A stretch of 64,000 nt of DNA from the NCBI RefSeq assembly GCF_009914755.1, contig NC_060942.1; one strand, 5' to 3'. This DNA is from the human T2T-CHM13v2.0 reference genome, Homo sapiens. The notes under the pieces are model-generated. The model was not told where the DNA came from. It worked only from the letters and a program-made list of their open reading frames with translations, and searched no databases. Numbering within the stretch: position 1 is the stretch's first letter; every line of letters starts with the position of its first letter. Made by a program: the position numbers and the translations under genes. Of the stretch, positions 20,785 to 42,859 are shown piece after piece.

Positions 20785-22097
20785 TATATTAGTCCATTTT
20801 CATGGTGCTAATAAGGACATACCCGAGACTGGGAAAATTTACAAAAGAGGTTTCATTGGACTCACAGCTCCTCGTAGCTGGGGAAGCCTCACAATCATGG
20901 CATAAGGCAGGGAGGAGCAAGTCACATCTTACATGGATGGCGGCAGGCAAAGAGAGAATGAGGAAGATGTAAAAGCAGAAACCTCTGATAATATCATCAG
21001 ATCTCGTGAGACTTACTGTCACAAGAACAACACGGGAAAGACCCGCCTCCATAATTCAGTCATCTCCCACTGGGTCCCTCCCACAACACGTGGGAATTAT
21101 GGGAGCTACAAGATGAGATTTGGGTGGGGATACAGAGCCAAACCATATCTTTCTGCCCCTGGCCCCTCCCAAATCTCATATCTTCACATTTCAAAACCAA
21201 TTATGCCTTCCCAACAGTCTCCCAAAGTCTCAACTCTTTTCAGCATTAACCCAAAAATCCAAGTCCAAAGTCTCATCTGAGACAAGGCAAGTCCCTTCTG
21301 CCTAGGAGCCTGTAAAATCAAAAGCAAGTTAGTTACTTCCTAGATAGAATGGGGGTACAGGCATTGGATAAATACAGCCATTACAAATGGGAGAAATTGG
21401 CTAAAACAAAGAGGCTACTGGCACCAGTAGGAACTCAGTGTGGTGGGTCTGACCCCACATTTCCCTTCCACACTGCCCTAGCAGAGGTTCTCCATGAGGG
21501 CCCCACCCCTGCAGCAAACTTTTGCCTGGGCATACAGGCATTTCCATACATCTGAAATCTAGGCAGAGGCTCCCAAACCTCAGTTGTTGACTTCTGTGTA
21601 CCCACAGGCTCAACACCATGTGGAAGCTGCTTCCACCCTCTGAAGCAACAGCCCAAGCTGTACATTGGCCCCTTTAGTCATGGCTGGAGCAGCTAGGATG
21701 TGGGGCTCCAAGTCCCTAGGCTGCACACAGCACAGGGCCCACCCCAAAAAGCCACTTTTCCCTCCTGGCCCACAAAAATACTTTTTCCTCCTAGGCCTCT
21801 AGGTCTGTGGATGGGAGGGGCTGCCATGAAGACCTCTGACATGCCCTGGAGACATTTTCCCCCATTGTCTTGGGGATTAAGATTCCGCTCCTTGTTACTT
21901 ATGCAAATTTCTCCAGCCAGAAACTCCCCCTTATGATACTATCAGATCTCATGAGACTTTCTTTATCACAAGACCAGCATGGGAAAGACCCATCCCCATA
22001 ATTCAATCACCTCCCACCGGGTCCCTCCCACAACACATGGGAATTATGGGAGCTACAAGATAAGATTTGGGTGGGGAAACAGAGCCAAACCATATCA
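20785..22097 (-). mobile_element. THE1 (MaLR) provirus, internally deleted: full LTR 20785-21150, internal part ~21151-21920, partial LTR ~21921-22097
   Basis: Both LTRs end gggagctacaagat.agatttgggtgggga.acagagccaaaccatatc on the + strand; flanks ctaca/ctgca resemble a 5-bp TSD. Confidence 0.92.
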
Positions 22098-22417
22098 CTG
22101 CACTCTGGATGAATTTAGAGATTCCTGAAAAAATTTTGTTTTAAGAGCTTTGTGGAACTCAGCTTCATTAGAGAAAGGACAGCAATAGGGAGGTTAAGAT
22201 GAATGAGCTCCTGGAAGGGAGATGTGCTTCCCTCTCTGCCTCCACCCCACTTTTCCATTTGGCCTTGCTTCTTTTCCTTCCTCTCTCACTATTTCTCCTC
22301 TTCCTTGCCCTTCTCCCCTCTTGCCTTTAAAAGCAGTAGAGATGCCACTTTGATGACCTGAAAGCTTCCCCAGTTTCCCAGTTTAAACAAGAGAGTATCA
22401 TATTTACTGGATGAACT

Positions 22418-23083
<666 letters not shown>

Positions 23084-23605
23084 TCAAATTCTAGTAATTA
23101 TCTGGTAGGGGGCATCTTTGCTCCTATGGATCAAAAAGCAAATCAGCAGGGGTCGGGGGTGGCAAATAGTCATCGTGTATTACATATCATGGTTTGTCCT
23201 CACCATGTAGTGGGGAGAGAAATTTCAGACATCATCAAGCATTTGTAGATGTTCTTTTCTCCAGGAGATGCTGAGGTTAGGAATCTGGAAGTTTTTGGTT
23301 TGTGGTAGGGAAATGTCAGAATTGCAAAGCTCTTTTTCAGAAGCCAGAAAGTGTTTGATAATACTCCACAATCTGAAACCTAGAGCCATACATAGGTATA
23401 AATAAGATCTTGTAGAACTTGTTAGATTTTGAAGAAAGGAAGGGAGGGAGAGAGAGAGAGAGCGGGAAAAGAAATTTTGCCCACATCTGTTTAGGTCTTG
23501 GTAGTCTTCTATGAGCAGGAATAGCTCATTGACCCTGTACACCTCATCTTTGAAAGTTTTGGGTGATATTTCTGAGGATACATGTTGGGACTTCTCTGAA
23601 TTTAA

Positions 23606-23963
<358 letters not shown>

Positions 23964-24194
23964 TGACTGAGTTTGCACTTTGAGGTATATTGGGAATAAA
24001 GTGAAAAGGAAAAAAAATACATATTCCTGAAATCTGTCTGAAAAGAAGGAATGTAAATTTTTTTTCCTTTCCGTGTCAAATTTTAGTTGTTTCTTCTCTG
24101 CTCCCAATTGAAAAGAGATAGAAAAATAAAAACTAAAACAGTATGTCCATGTTAGTGTCTGATTCTATATCTACTTGGTTAAATGAGGTATTAA

Positions 24195-24431
<237 letters not shown>

Positions 24432-24558
24432 TGATACACTGTCATGTTCTCAGTTCCCAAGAGGGTAGGACCTTGTAACAAAATGTGTCATGGCTTAAGA
24501 CCATATTCATAAGAATTCAAAATCTAACGTAATGCTTTATGTAAGAGTTCAAAAATCT

Positions 24559-24898
<340 letters not shown>

Positions 24899-25939
24899 TT
24901 AACAATTATTATAAGACTAAAGGCTTGTGAATAATATCCTATATAAATTTGATTAGGTGGTTCTTAGGTATCATGCAGATACAAAATTATCTGTCGTATA
25001 TAATTTTTCAAAAAGAAAATGTTGATGTTATCTGAGGCCATCATCAATATCCTGGATTTCCTTTGTGCCTTCATATGATTAATTTCACCCTGAGACCTGG
25101 ACATTTTATTGCCCTCTTGGATGGCCTTTTTGTCATGTTTTAGTCTGATGATCTGCATCACTGTTAATTACTCTCTTGCTCCTCCAGCAACTGGGTTTTT
25201 GTTTTAAATCAGTTTTCACAGTCTTCTGTATGAAATGGGATGATGGCACTGTTACTTTAGATAACTCCATAGTAGCAGTGAATGTGTTGAGACTACCCAT
25301 CTCAACATTGGATATATCCAGGGATTTATAGTTTTTACTCCAATCTCTAATATTGAAAAATATTTTCTATGACCTGAAACTGTATGCTAAATATACTATC
25401 AAAGAAAAGAAATGTGAGTTTCATAAAAATAATAAAAATTAGCCATTAAGCAATGGATCCCTCATTTAAAAATATTGAACACACTGGATATTTTAAAATA
25501 AACATGTTTAAGTAAAAAACACCAAAAATGTCTTACATAAAACTAACATTTATTTTTCAACCCAGTGCATTTTATTCTGTCATGAAGTAGGTAAGTTCTC
25601 TGACTTGGCGCTCTTGTCTTCAAGCATTGGTTTGTTCCTTGCAAGCAGGAAGCTCAGGTCCTTGAATCTTGTCTTCAGCAGTCACTGCCTTATGAGAACT
25701 AACTCAGTGTGTTCTATCACTAGAGATTACTTTGAGCTTTTGCTTTCTTGGTATCTTCTCCATGCCAGCTCCAGCCATTCATTGGGCAGTTGAGGTAGGG
25801 GTGAGATAACAGAGCTGCCAGAGTTCCTTTGCCTCCAAACTACAAGGGGAGCCTGTGGGCTACCCAAGTAGCTGCTGGGTTGCTCTGACAAAGAATGGAT
25901 TGCCAAGAGAATGAATGGAAAGAATAATTATTTTTCTAA

Positions 25940-28088
<2,149 letters not shown>

Positions 28089-28488
28089 CTGATGGTTTAG
28101 AGGAGAAAGCAAAGTACATATCTAAGTCACTATTATCCAGAGGAGAATAAGACAATTTCAAAAAATCAAAATGTTCTGGGAGTTGAAGTGAGGGAGGAGT
28201 CACATTTATTTGAGAGGTCCAGAGGAAGCTCCGTGGAAAAGAGAGAACAGGGGATGGCCCTGGAAAGACAGGAAGGCCTGGGCAGGGGGATGGGGGCAGG
28301 AGGAGGCACTCCTGGCAGCAGACAGTGTGGGCAGGGGACACAGAGGAGAAAACTGTGGGCATTTTTCAGAGAATGCTGGATAGGATGCAAAAGAAGACTG
28401 GAAATATACACATGGAGGCTGTGAGTTTCAGGCTAGCAAAGTTTATACTTATTATACAGGCATTAAGGATTTTTGAGCAACAGTATAT

Positions 28489-28489
28489 A

Positions 28490-28549
<60 letters not shown>
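28489..28549. repeat. Compound (TG)n(TA)n microsatellite at the tail of an antisense old L1 fragment (~28550-29070)
   Basis: ~19 TG units followed by ~8 TA units. Confidence 0.95.
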
Positions 28550-29222
28550 GCATTATTAGAATTTACCTGTTTCTTGTTTATATTAACAATGTAAATGTAC
28601 AGCTTGATGAATTTTTACAAACGAAACACGCCTGTGGGACCAGCACTCAGATCAAGAAACAGAATATTACCACCACCCGAGAAGTCCTGTGTCCCTTCTA
28701 GGCACCCCCACTAAAGGGTAACACTATTCTGGCCTTCTGTACTACAGATTTGTTTTGCTCAGTATGGAGCTTATATAAATGGAAACATGGAGTATGTACT
28801 CTCTTGTATCTGACTTCCTTTGCTCAACATGATGTTTGTGAAATTTGCAGTTTTCATGAATCGTAAATCATTCTTTTTGCTCTGTGTGTGTGTTACATTA
28901 TATGACTCCACCACAATTCATGTATCCATCCTATTTTATTTCACATAGTACTGCTGTAACATCCTGGCACACCCTTTAGTAAACGTATGTATGCATTTCT
29001 TTTGGGTCTCTGAGAGTGAAATTGCTGTGTCATCAGGTACTCATATGTTCAGCTTTAATAGCTACTGAGAGGCAGTTCATTCAATCTAGAGGCTAAGTCA
29101 AAGTGATTAGAAGTAGATCAGTCAGTGGCTTTTCTGATAATTTGGGTTAGAATGAACAAATACATGAATTAGAATGATGGTCCTGGTAGTAAAATGGATG
29201 GGAGACATGGTACATTTTCTAG

Positions 29223-29610
<388 letters not shown>

Positions 29611-30748
29611 TGAAAGAAGTTTGATTTGTGGAGGGCAGATGAGACTGACTTTGAGTTAAGATGCAGGTGAGCACACCATTGTGTAGATTACAGATTTTTT
29701 TTTTTTTTTTTTTTTTTTTACAAACAATGATCATTGAAGCAGCTGGTGTGGTTAGAATCATGGAAGAAAATAACAAAGAACTGCCAAGAGGGTAGTGAGA
29801 CCAAGGGCCAACAAGTCATCACCAACGCCCGCAGCGAAAGCACAGGGAGCATGGAGGGTCACTGAAAGGGCAGGCCTTCCACAGCGGGGAGTTTGCCTTA
29901 TGAGAAGGGACATTCTCCCCCCAGAAATAGTGATTCAATAAGTCAGACGATTTATGATACCTGAAACGTATCTTTATAGTAAAATCATTCAGTTTCATAA
30001 CTCATAGTTTAAAGGATGGTTCCACTCATTTCTGTTAAAACTTTTGTAACACAAAACCATAGTTACAGTTTAATGCAAACAGAACAGATGGAGAAACCAT
30101 TCACTTCTAATTCTAATTTTTAGTAGCTCTAGTTCTCAAAACCCATACTGGCTCTAGTTAATCACAGGCCATCTATTTACCAACCTGCTAAGAAGAAAGA
30201 GAGAGAAATAAAAACGAGGACAGGTGGATGCAAGGCGGATGCATCGTATCCAGCAGTTCTAATGCTGTGTCAGGAAGAGCAGCAGGCTCGGAATAGGATT
30301 TGACATTTTCCCAAAGAAACAGGGGCCAAGGGTGAGAGGGAAACGTGAAGACCAAGTACACACTTCATAAAGCTTTTCCAGATGACTCTGTGTCTGCAGT
30401 CCAGATAAGGAGGGAAACTTAGATGAATGACTTTTTTCCCTGTGAAATGACTTATTTGACACAGTTACCCAGAACACAGCTAAGCCCAGAAGGAAATAAG
30501 CAAAGGCTTCTAGCCTTGAAAATAGATGTCATTCAATCTATGTTGTCAGTCTCCAGTATCTCTAGGAACATATTCCGGTGCTCTCATAAAGCCTGTTTAC
30601 CCTCAAACCCTATTCCTAAAAGCAGGGTTTTGGGGGGGACCTCAAAAAATTAAAAGCTGCCAGTTAAAACATGCTTTATTTTTATCTTATGGACCTTATA
30701 AATCATACAGTTGTTTCTCTTTAGATGGTTACTGAAAAGCTCAGAACC

Positions 30749-31951
<1,203 letters not shown>

Positions 31952-32601
31952 CTAATGTAGAAAAGATGCAAAAGAAAGCTACAAACAAAAACAGATTCAT
32001 GAACTCAAAAAGCTTATTTAATATCGTAGAGCTTCTGAGTTTAAGGATAAGCAACTTGTCACACTTCTCAAGATCCTCTGAGGGCATCCTTATGTCACAT
32101 CCTAAAATAGCTATTCATTTTCATAGTGATGACTGACTCATCAAGAGGGGGCTACGTTAAATACTGTGGATCCTGTTAAAGGAAAGCATATATTCCATTT
32201 TTAAAGTAAAATTTGTTTGCAAAGATAAGCTTTTATGAGTTATCATTATGAAATGATGTCAGAAAAGTTAAGGTTTCTGTAACAGAGGAGTTTGTCAATC
32301 TCTAGAGCGTTCTGAGGAAAGCCTATTTATCTGTATAGAGAACTACTTCCAGCAGGGAAAAAGGCTGAGAATTGAGGCTGTCTGACCTTGTGTATCCCAA
32401 CAAAAAAAAAAGAAAACAAACCATGTGCCTGAAGGAAGTGTGTCAACTTTCCACTAATCACATATTCAGTTCCTTTGAAATTAAAAGAAGTTTCACTTAG
32501 TGCCTCAGAGATGACTGCAGAGTTGGTGTCGGGTTACATAATGAAACAGTATTTTTTCTTACTTGTCAGGAAATAACCTCTTACAGGGGTCATTTCTGTA
32601 A

Positions 32602-32808
<207 letters not shown>

Positions 32809-33126
32809 TAAATAGTAAATAAGGCCTTCTGCTCTTCTCTCTAGCTGTACTTGCAGATCTAAAATAGCCAAAAGCCTTTTGTGTCAGTGCTACGGGGTGT
32901 TTGATGGAGCCCTTGCAGATGACGTGCAAAGGCCAAATTAAAACAGCCTTTCCTAAGATGCCCTACTATTGTTTTATGTGATCATCCAAGATCAATAAAG
33001 GAAAATACAACCAAAGTGGGCCATTGCACTACTTTTCATGCTGAGTCAGCTCCCGGTCATGCTTCACTGCTATCATCAGGAGATGGATAGGGCAGAGAGG
33101 GATTTGCTTATTCAAGACCCGCTTCT

Positions 33127-33457
<331 letters not shown>

Positions 33458-34696
33458 CTACACCTCAGACTTTGACATTTTTCCCTCTTTTCTCCCCTGT
33501 CCACCACAGGCAAGGACCCTAAGATGATTCAGTAAAAACTAAACTTTACTATGAGAGATTTGAAGTATACACTGGAAGAAATTAAAGAGCAATCAGATAA
33601 TTGAGGTGAATTCAGTTCTTGGGGCTCCTCCTCCAGTCCCTGGCCTTAGGGATTAAGGAACATAACTGCTGTCTTTTCTTCCCTTTTCTAAAAAAAGAAA
33701 AAAAAAATCCCCATTTTCAGATTAAACTCTGAAAGAGTTTTTTTCCCTCTGTGACCTTGAATCATAGATTCAGAGGTAGGTAGAGACATTAGAATTTACC
33801 TAACCTAATAAAGGTCCCTTTCTGCCCTCCACAATATTCTGTTTGATCATCCAATGTTGGGGCGATTGGGCTTTATTTTATGAGGCAAATTCTAATTTTT
33901 AGTAGCTATAGTTCTTAGAATGGCTTTAATTGATCATATTATTTAACAGCTATTTAACAAACCTGTCCATAATTTTGCTAAGAAAAAAGAAAAGGAAATT
34001 AAAATGAGGACCTATGGATGCATCCTATTCAGTAGATTATAATACTGCATCCGGAAAGAGCACAGGCTCAAGTACGGTTTGATATTTTTGCAGCTGTTGG
34101 ATTTGGAAAGTCTTAACTGACACTGTGACATTAATCCTTTCACAGCACATGTAGTCTTAATTTTCCAAAATCATTCCATGAGTACCCCCTTTAAGCATTC
34201 CTACCCACCTGTTACATCCACCAGCTTGAAATGCATCTTCTTTTTCTGGTAACATCATTCAGAGTTTCCTAACTTTTATTTTAAATGATGATCTCATCAA
34301 CTTTCTATTGTAGTTTTGTGCTACAAAAGTTGTAAGTATAGTTTAATGCAAGCATGACAGATTGGAGAAACTGTGCACTTCTGACTTCATGATTCTTCCA
34401 GAGTATGAAACAGAAATGCCAGATATCAAAGTTACCATTTATTCTAACTTTGGCTTTTCTACGTGGCCCAGCAAAAAGCATTAAGCTTGAAACATAGATT
34501 ATCTATACTTATTTCCTCCAACCCAGTCACCCCAGCCTAATAGTAGCTATGACTTACTGAATACCTGAAGGGACCAGCCCAGGATTTATTGAACTGAAGG
34601 ATTTCTTCATTTCTACCCAGCCAGCTAAATCCTTGCAATGTGTGAAGACCTTGCTAGAGGCTGGATAAAATCTAGAGCTAGCTTTGTCTCTGATCA

Positions 34697-35367
<671 letters not shown>

Positions 35368-35651
35368 GGCAGAGTTGTTCATATACAGGGCATCTTGGTC
35401 CTTTCCAGTTCTAAAACACCTCAAAAGTGTTCATGTGTTATTCATTTGATAGCTGTCATTGGCATTTCTTTGACCTGGAGGTTTTCTGTGCAAGGCCAGT
35501 GGACCACTTGTTGTATTTTAAGTAGAATTATAGAATGGAACAAAGGTGAAATCCCCCATTAGCCTACCCAGCTGCTGGTGGCTGCATTGCTACCAAATGG
35601 CAACCAGAAAGAAAGTGCACAGCCCCAGCCTTATTCTACCAGGCTCCATGA

Positions 35652-36098
<447 letters not shown>

Positions 36099-36654
36099 TG
36101 ACTAGCAGCTCTTCATGCCTGTAACTGGGTCCTCTTTGCCCATTCGTACTCATTTTGTCATCAGGCCTGGCTGAGGCGTAGCACCAAAAGGAGAGATTTG
36201 TTTTCTACCTCCTATAATTGTAAAAACTGCCGATTTTAACAAAGGGATCCTCTTCCCTGGCAGTCCAGGCTTAGGGGAAAATGGTACCAAAGGCTGCTGC
36301 TGCTACCAGGCTCAGATTTGCTTGGCTCCCTTGACGGAGCCAGGTCTCAGGTGATGAGGCTACAACACTAGGGGGTGCTATTTCTCCAGTCAGCTCCAAG
36401 TTTCTCCAGCACCAAGGAACAGTTTATGGAAAGATAGAAATTGCTATCTGTGAGGCTGACCTCAGATTAGTAGTAATAATTACCCTTTTTATGTCTAATA
36501 CTCGACAGATATTACATTAATGCCTCAGTTTCCTGTATTGTAATCTTATATATCAGAGAAATAAGTGGACAGTGCTGCCATTCTAACCCAATACCACCAG
36601 CAAGAGGTGAGGATCCAGGAATTATCCATGATGACTATGCTGGCAATGAATGGA

Positions 36655-36826
36655 ATAGACCAGCGTGTCTCAGAATTTAACGTGCATGCAATTCCCTGGG
36701 AGTCTTGTTAAGCTTCAGATTCTGATTAGTAGGTCTGGGGTGGGGAGATTGAGCATTTCTAACAAGCTCCCAGGTGCTGCTGCTGCTGGTGGTCTGTAGA
36801 CCATACTTTGAGAAGAGGTTTCTAGA
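36655..36826. mobile_element. MER5A-like DNA transposon
   Basis: cagattctgattagtaggtctggggtgggg..gcatttctaacaagctcccaggtg..gaccatactttgagaa. Confidence 0.8.
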
Positions 36827-37063
36827 CAATCTCTAAACCCCTTTACTGTGCTGTACTTATCCCAACAGGTTGATTCACATGCTTTGGAAGCTCAACCTTT
36901 TCCTTCCAGTGATGTAGGATCCCAGGTCATTCTAGAACTAAAGCCCCACCACACTGATCAGTAGCCCCTTCCCCACCATGCTTAATCTGCATTCTTACTG
37001 CACAGGCCTTGCTGCTCCCAGCTGGCCCTGCTGCCTGAGTGCTAGTGCCTTGTTTTCTGTTGA

Positions 37064-37432
<369 letters not shown>

Positions 37433-38482
37433 TAAAATACCATTTGTTTCTCTTTTCTAGGAATCCTACATAGGTGGCTCAGGGGCCTGAGTTTAATAGA
37501 ATCACATGTGTGATTCCATGACAATGATAAGGCTAAATTAAGGGACATATTCACTTTCTTAATTAGAACCAGTTTGTAAAGATTGCCCAGCCCTTTATAG
37601 CATGCAGTTAGTGCATGCAGTTGGTCTTCCATGCTCTCCAACTGCAGGTGCAAAAAAAATGAGATGACCCAATTTGACCCCATGTTTATTGGCCTTGTTC
37701 AAGATGCATGTAGCCCATGGCCATCTGTTTTCTGAGAAAAAAAGGTAAGTTATCCTCTCAGACCTCTGTGGGGTAATGTTTTAAGTATCCTCAACTCACT
37801 AATTCTTTTCTGTTCATCTAGCCTCTCTGTGAGCTCATGTCTAGAGTCGGTAAAGTATTCTGTTTCATCTTCAGTACTCAGAACTGTTCCTAGCCCTCTT
37901 GCATGTGGATTCCTCAGCAGTTTGTTGTTTCTTTTTACTTGCTTTGACCCTCAGCCCCAAGGCTTTGGCTGGACTGAGACTTTGCCAGGCGCCCTACAGA
38001 AGAATTTAGTGCATGACTGAGTCCCTCACTGCTCCCTCTGCACGGCCAGTGATTGACTGCTTCTCCCCTTCCTCTCCTGTCAAGCATCAGGGTGGGAGGA
38101 GTAGAACCCTCAGCCAACTAACCTAACTCCCTACCTTATGCCTGACTCGGTTTTTCTGGGCCTGTAATCCAGTGGGGCCTAGCCATTAGAAAGCATTTAA
38201 TCAAATATCCACCTACATGTCGGTATGGAACTGAGCTAGCTACTGTATGTCTGAGTTAGACCAACTTGTTTCTGCGCCCTATACATTAAATGCTGAGCTA
38301 AATTGGGTTAAGGAAAATCTGGTTCAGCACAAATTTTATGAAAAGAAGGCACATAGTCATGGGGGAATTTGCATTTTCACCCTGGGCTGCGGTTTCCCAT
38401 CTGCAAAATGAGAGAATTGGGTTGTATAATCTCTAAGAGTTCTAATTTGGGGATGATTATTTAGTGTTCAAAAATTGTTCTG

Positions 38483-38782
38483 GGCTGGGCGCAGTGGCTC
38501 ATGCCTGTAATCCCAGCACTTTGGGAGGCTGAGGCAGACAGATCAGGAGGTCAGGAGATCAAGACCATCCTGGCTAACATGGTGAAACCCCGTTTTTACT
38601 AAAAATACAAAAAAAAAATTAGCCAGGTGTGGTGGCGGGTGCCTGTATTCCCAGCTACTCAGGAGGCTGAGGCAGGAGAATGGTGTGAACCCAGGAGGCG
38701 GAGCTTGCAGTGAGCCAAGATCGCACCACTGCACTCCAGCCTGGGCGACAGAGCGAGACTCTGTCTCAAAAAAAAAAAAAAA
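38483..38782 (+). mobile_element. AluY-like
   Basis: TSD aaaaattgttctg. Confidence 0.95.
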
Positions 38783-39119
38783 TTGTTCTGGAGATGTAAA
38801 TCTTCTTCTTGTGTTCAGTTAGCTAACCTAAATTGAATAATCCAAAATGCAGACAAAATATCTTGTATTAGCTTAATAAGCAATTGGAACAAATAAAATT
38901 GTCCAAAAAATAGAAACTCCTAAATTTAGAAGTTGTAACATTTATGTTTCATATATAGATACACGTTCACAATTTTATGTTATAGTCATAGACTACATTA
39001 CAGTGGAATTCCTAGGATGAATAACAAAACTCCGGAAACGCTTCTTACAGTATAATTCATGGAGACATGAATTACGGGCTTGAGACCATTTGAATATTGC
39101 TAATGATGAAGAATTTGGA

Positions 39120-39492
<373 letters not shown>

Positions 39493-39744
39493 CTAAATGC
39501 ACGTGAGGCTGCTGGGTCTTCTCCTGGTCTCTGTTGACACTGATTAAGTGAAGCTACTTAGAGAGTCTTAATCATGTGTTCAGAAGGGCCAGTCACTAAG
39601 TCAGTATAAATCAGTCTGTCCTAAATAATTTACCCCTCTGGACCACTGTTGGAAAACCACAGTCAAGGCCTGAGGTTCTTCACCTGGCTGCTAGCTCATC
39701 AGAATCACCTGCAGGGCTTTCAGAGGCACATTAGTTGACAATCA

Positions 39745-40040
<296 letters not shown>

Positions 40041-40639
40041 TCAAAATCACTGGATCACATCAGTCCTTTTTATACTCTGTATTTGTGTGGGAGTAAAAAT
40101 ATGAGATCATGTTGGGATGTTCACATCGTAAGCAAGACTGAATTGTCAAGTAGATTGCGGCTCACTCATTTATTTCTAAGTTATCAACCTCCTTCACCAT
40201 TTTCAGGATGGCAAGATTGTGCCTTCTATCTCTACTTTTGGGTAAAATCCAACACTACTTCTATTATGTGATCTTATTTTTGTGCTTACCCCTAATTATC
40301 CTGTTATGTATTGTGGTTAACTTATACTGATGATGACCCCTTTGGAAGGATACAAAGTTTAAGTCAGTTCCTCCAGAAGGCAGGTGAAGCTTTCATTAGA
40401 TGTCCTTGTTCTTAAGCCTTGTATTATCCTTGAACTCAATGATCACCCCATCTTTTGTGTTAAGTGCTTCTGCAATGTCATCTTGAGGGCCTGATTGATG
40501 CACAGGAGAACTGCAGCCATCAGTCATCAGAAGGAGCAATGTGATGGAAAAGCATTTTATAGTGGGTTTGGCTAGCTGTGGTTGGTCAAGAGTAAAAGTG
40601 AGATTTGACTACTAATCTGAAAATAAACATCCTCATATA

Positions 40640-40919
40640 GGCCAGGTGCAGTGGCTCACGCCTATAATCCCAGCACTTTGGGAGACTGAGGCGGGCAGTC
40701 GCTTGAGGTCAGGAGTTCAAGACCAGCCTGGCCAATATGGCGAAACCCCATCTCTACTAAAAATGCAAAAATTAGCCAGGTGTGGTGGTGGGTGCCTGTA
40801 ATCGCAGCTACTCAGGAGGCTGAGGCAGGAGATTCGCTTGAACCCGGGAGGTGGAGGTCGCCATGAGCCAAGATTGCACCACTGTACTCCAGCCTGGGTG
40901 ACAGAGTGAGACCCTGTCT

Positions 40920-40951
<32 letters not shown>
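40640..40951 (+). mobile_element. Alu
   Basis: ~31-nt poly(A); TSD tcctcata. Confidence 0.95.
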
Positions 40952-40955
<4 letters not shown>

Positions 40956-41447
40956 TCATACAGTAAAACATTTTAACTCTTATTCCATCAATATAAACCT
41001 GACCTCTTCCTGGTAAAGCTATGACCTCTATAGAGACAGTTCTGGGAGATAAAACACATTCAGGGAGAAACCCAGTGTCAGGGATACCATGCGTCCAGTG
41101 TGAATGTGATCAGTAAAGTGATTTCTATTCCAGAATGGTTTGCTTTAAATGAGACAATGTTATGGTTCCCCCTGACATGAAATGGTATGGAAAATTAAAT
41201 TTTTACAGAGAATTTTTCTTCTAGCATTAAAAAAATCTTTTTGACACATTGATTTTTCTAAAACACGGGAAGTCTGTGAAACTTGTGAACAGTTACGTAG
41301 ATTCCCTATTTCCCCTTAGTATGCACATATATAATAAAAGATTGGACAACAAGTAAAAGCCTAAGAATGGTTAAGCTTCTTCCAGTTTTACAAATTATAG
41401 AAATTTTATTTGAAGTGATTGTGGGAATGTTTATTTCTAAAGACTGG

Positions 41448-41486
41448 CTTTTCTTTATTGAGCCTTTTCTTTATTGAGCCTTTTCT
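41448..41486. repeat. 16-bp tandem duplication (cttttctttattgagc) x2.4
   Basis: Perfect copies at 41448-41463 and 41464-41479. Confidence 0.93.
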
Positions 41487-41608
41487 AGGCATTAGCAAAT
41501 CACCAATCAAACCCTATTGTCTTTTGCTTGGTGACTTTCTTTTTATCCTATTTTGTGCTTAGCAAAGGAAGTACCAGTCTATTTTAAAACAAAATTGTAT
41601 GCATTACT

Positions 41609-41689
41609 GGCCAGGTATGGTAGCTCACACCTGTCCACGGCACTCCAGCCTGGGCAACAGAGCAAGACTCTGTCTAAAAAAAAAAAAAA
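41609..41689 (+). mobile_element. Mini-Alu (5' end fused to 3' end)
   Basis: ggccaggtatggtagctcacacctgt|ccacggcactccagcctgggcaacagag...poly(A); 18-bp TSD. Confidence 0.9.
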
Positions 41690-42727
41690 TTGTATGTATT
41701 ACTTAACACCTTGCTTCTTAGTCTGTTCCCCTAAAACGTTATCAGAAATGTCAGTTCATTGCTTATAATAACTCCTGCTAGAAAGGTAGTAAAAAGTATA
41801 GGTACATGCTACACACTTAATGAAAAGCAGTAGAAACCACCTTATCTACTTAAGAGATGGTTATTTTTCTTTCTGTTCTAAAATAGACACATCTGTAAGA
41901 TCATTTTACTTTTGAATATTTTTCAAATTGGCGGGATTACTTTTCATTGATATGTTTATGTTTTCAAGATTGGTGTTCCATTTATTAAAGATATGTATGT
42001 CTATGTATATGTGTGTTTATATGAAAAATTGATACTTAATAGGTTCTTTGAGAAACCATAAGCCAATTACATTACCCCTCCAAATGAGGGGCAGTTTCGT
42101 TTTGTTGTTTTTTTCTCAATCCAGGTCTGGTTATATTTTTAGCCTTCTTGAGAGAGATTCTTTCAAGGCCCTAAGCCAATAATTGCTTGTTAGTTATTTT
42201 AAAAGTCAGTAAAGCAAGAAGGAGGGAAAATAACTATCAAGAGTGGTTCAATGTTTTCATTATTTTCTTGGTGAAATGTCTGTTTTAATGGAATTCTGAG
42301 ATTCTTTTTTGAGTCATTCACAACTGAAACTCTTTTTCAGTCTTCCAATCCCAAGAATTTCTCCAATGTGTGAAGAAAGTATATTTAAGTGCCTGGATTC
42401 AGGTAGTTTAGCCAGGATTTCTGTAAGGTTTCCATCACTAGTGGGATATTTCACATTGTATGTGTTTTTGGCTTGTGTTACTAATGTCTGAGGTATACCA
42501 GCATCTCCGTTTTATCCTACTGAGATAAACTACAGCCCTCGTTCCTTCAGAAGTGCCTTGTATATGCGATGTAGTAGCAGTTAAAATATACATACATAAA
42601 CATATGTAAACACTTAGTGGAGTAATTTGAAAGCACAGTGTGTCTAAAATCTGGACTCAGAAGCCTGTAAAAAAGGTGGAAACTTAAATGAGAGTTTTAA
42701 TTTTAACATACGGGTCTCTTTCTGTAG

Positions 42728-42859
<132 letters not shown>

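Noticed and set aside
29695-29719. Orphan poly(T) run (also poly(A) at 55775-55793) as a possible retrocopy tail
   Set aside because: No adjacent mRNA-like sequence and no convincing TSD
33977-34035. Basic run plus WMHPI resembling a Harbinger transposase N-terminus in the duplicated block
   Set aside because: The pieces are in different frames with stops; too short to support
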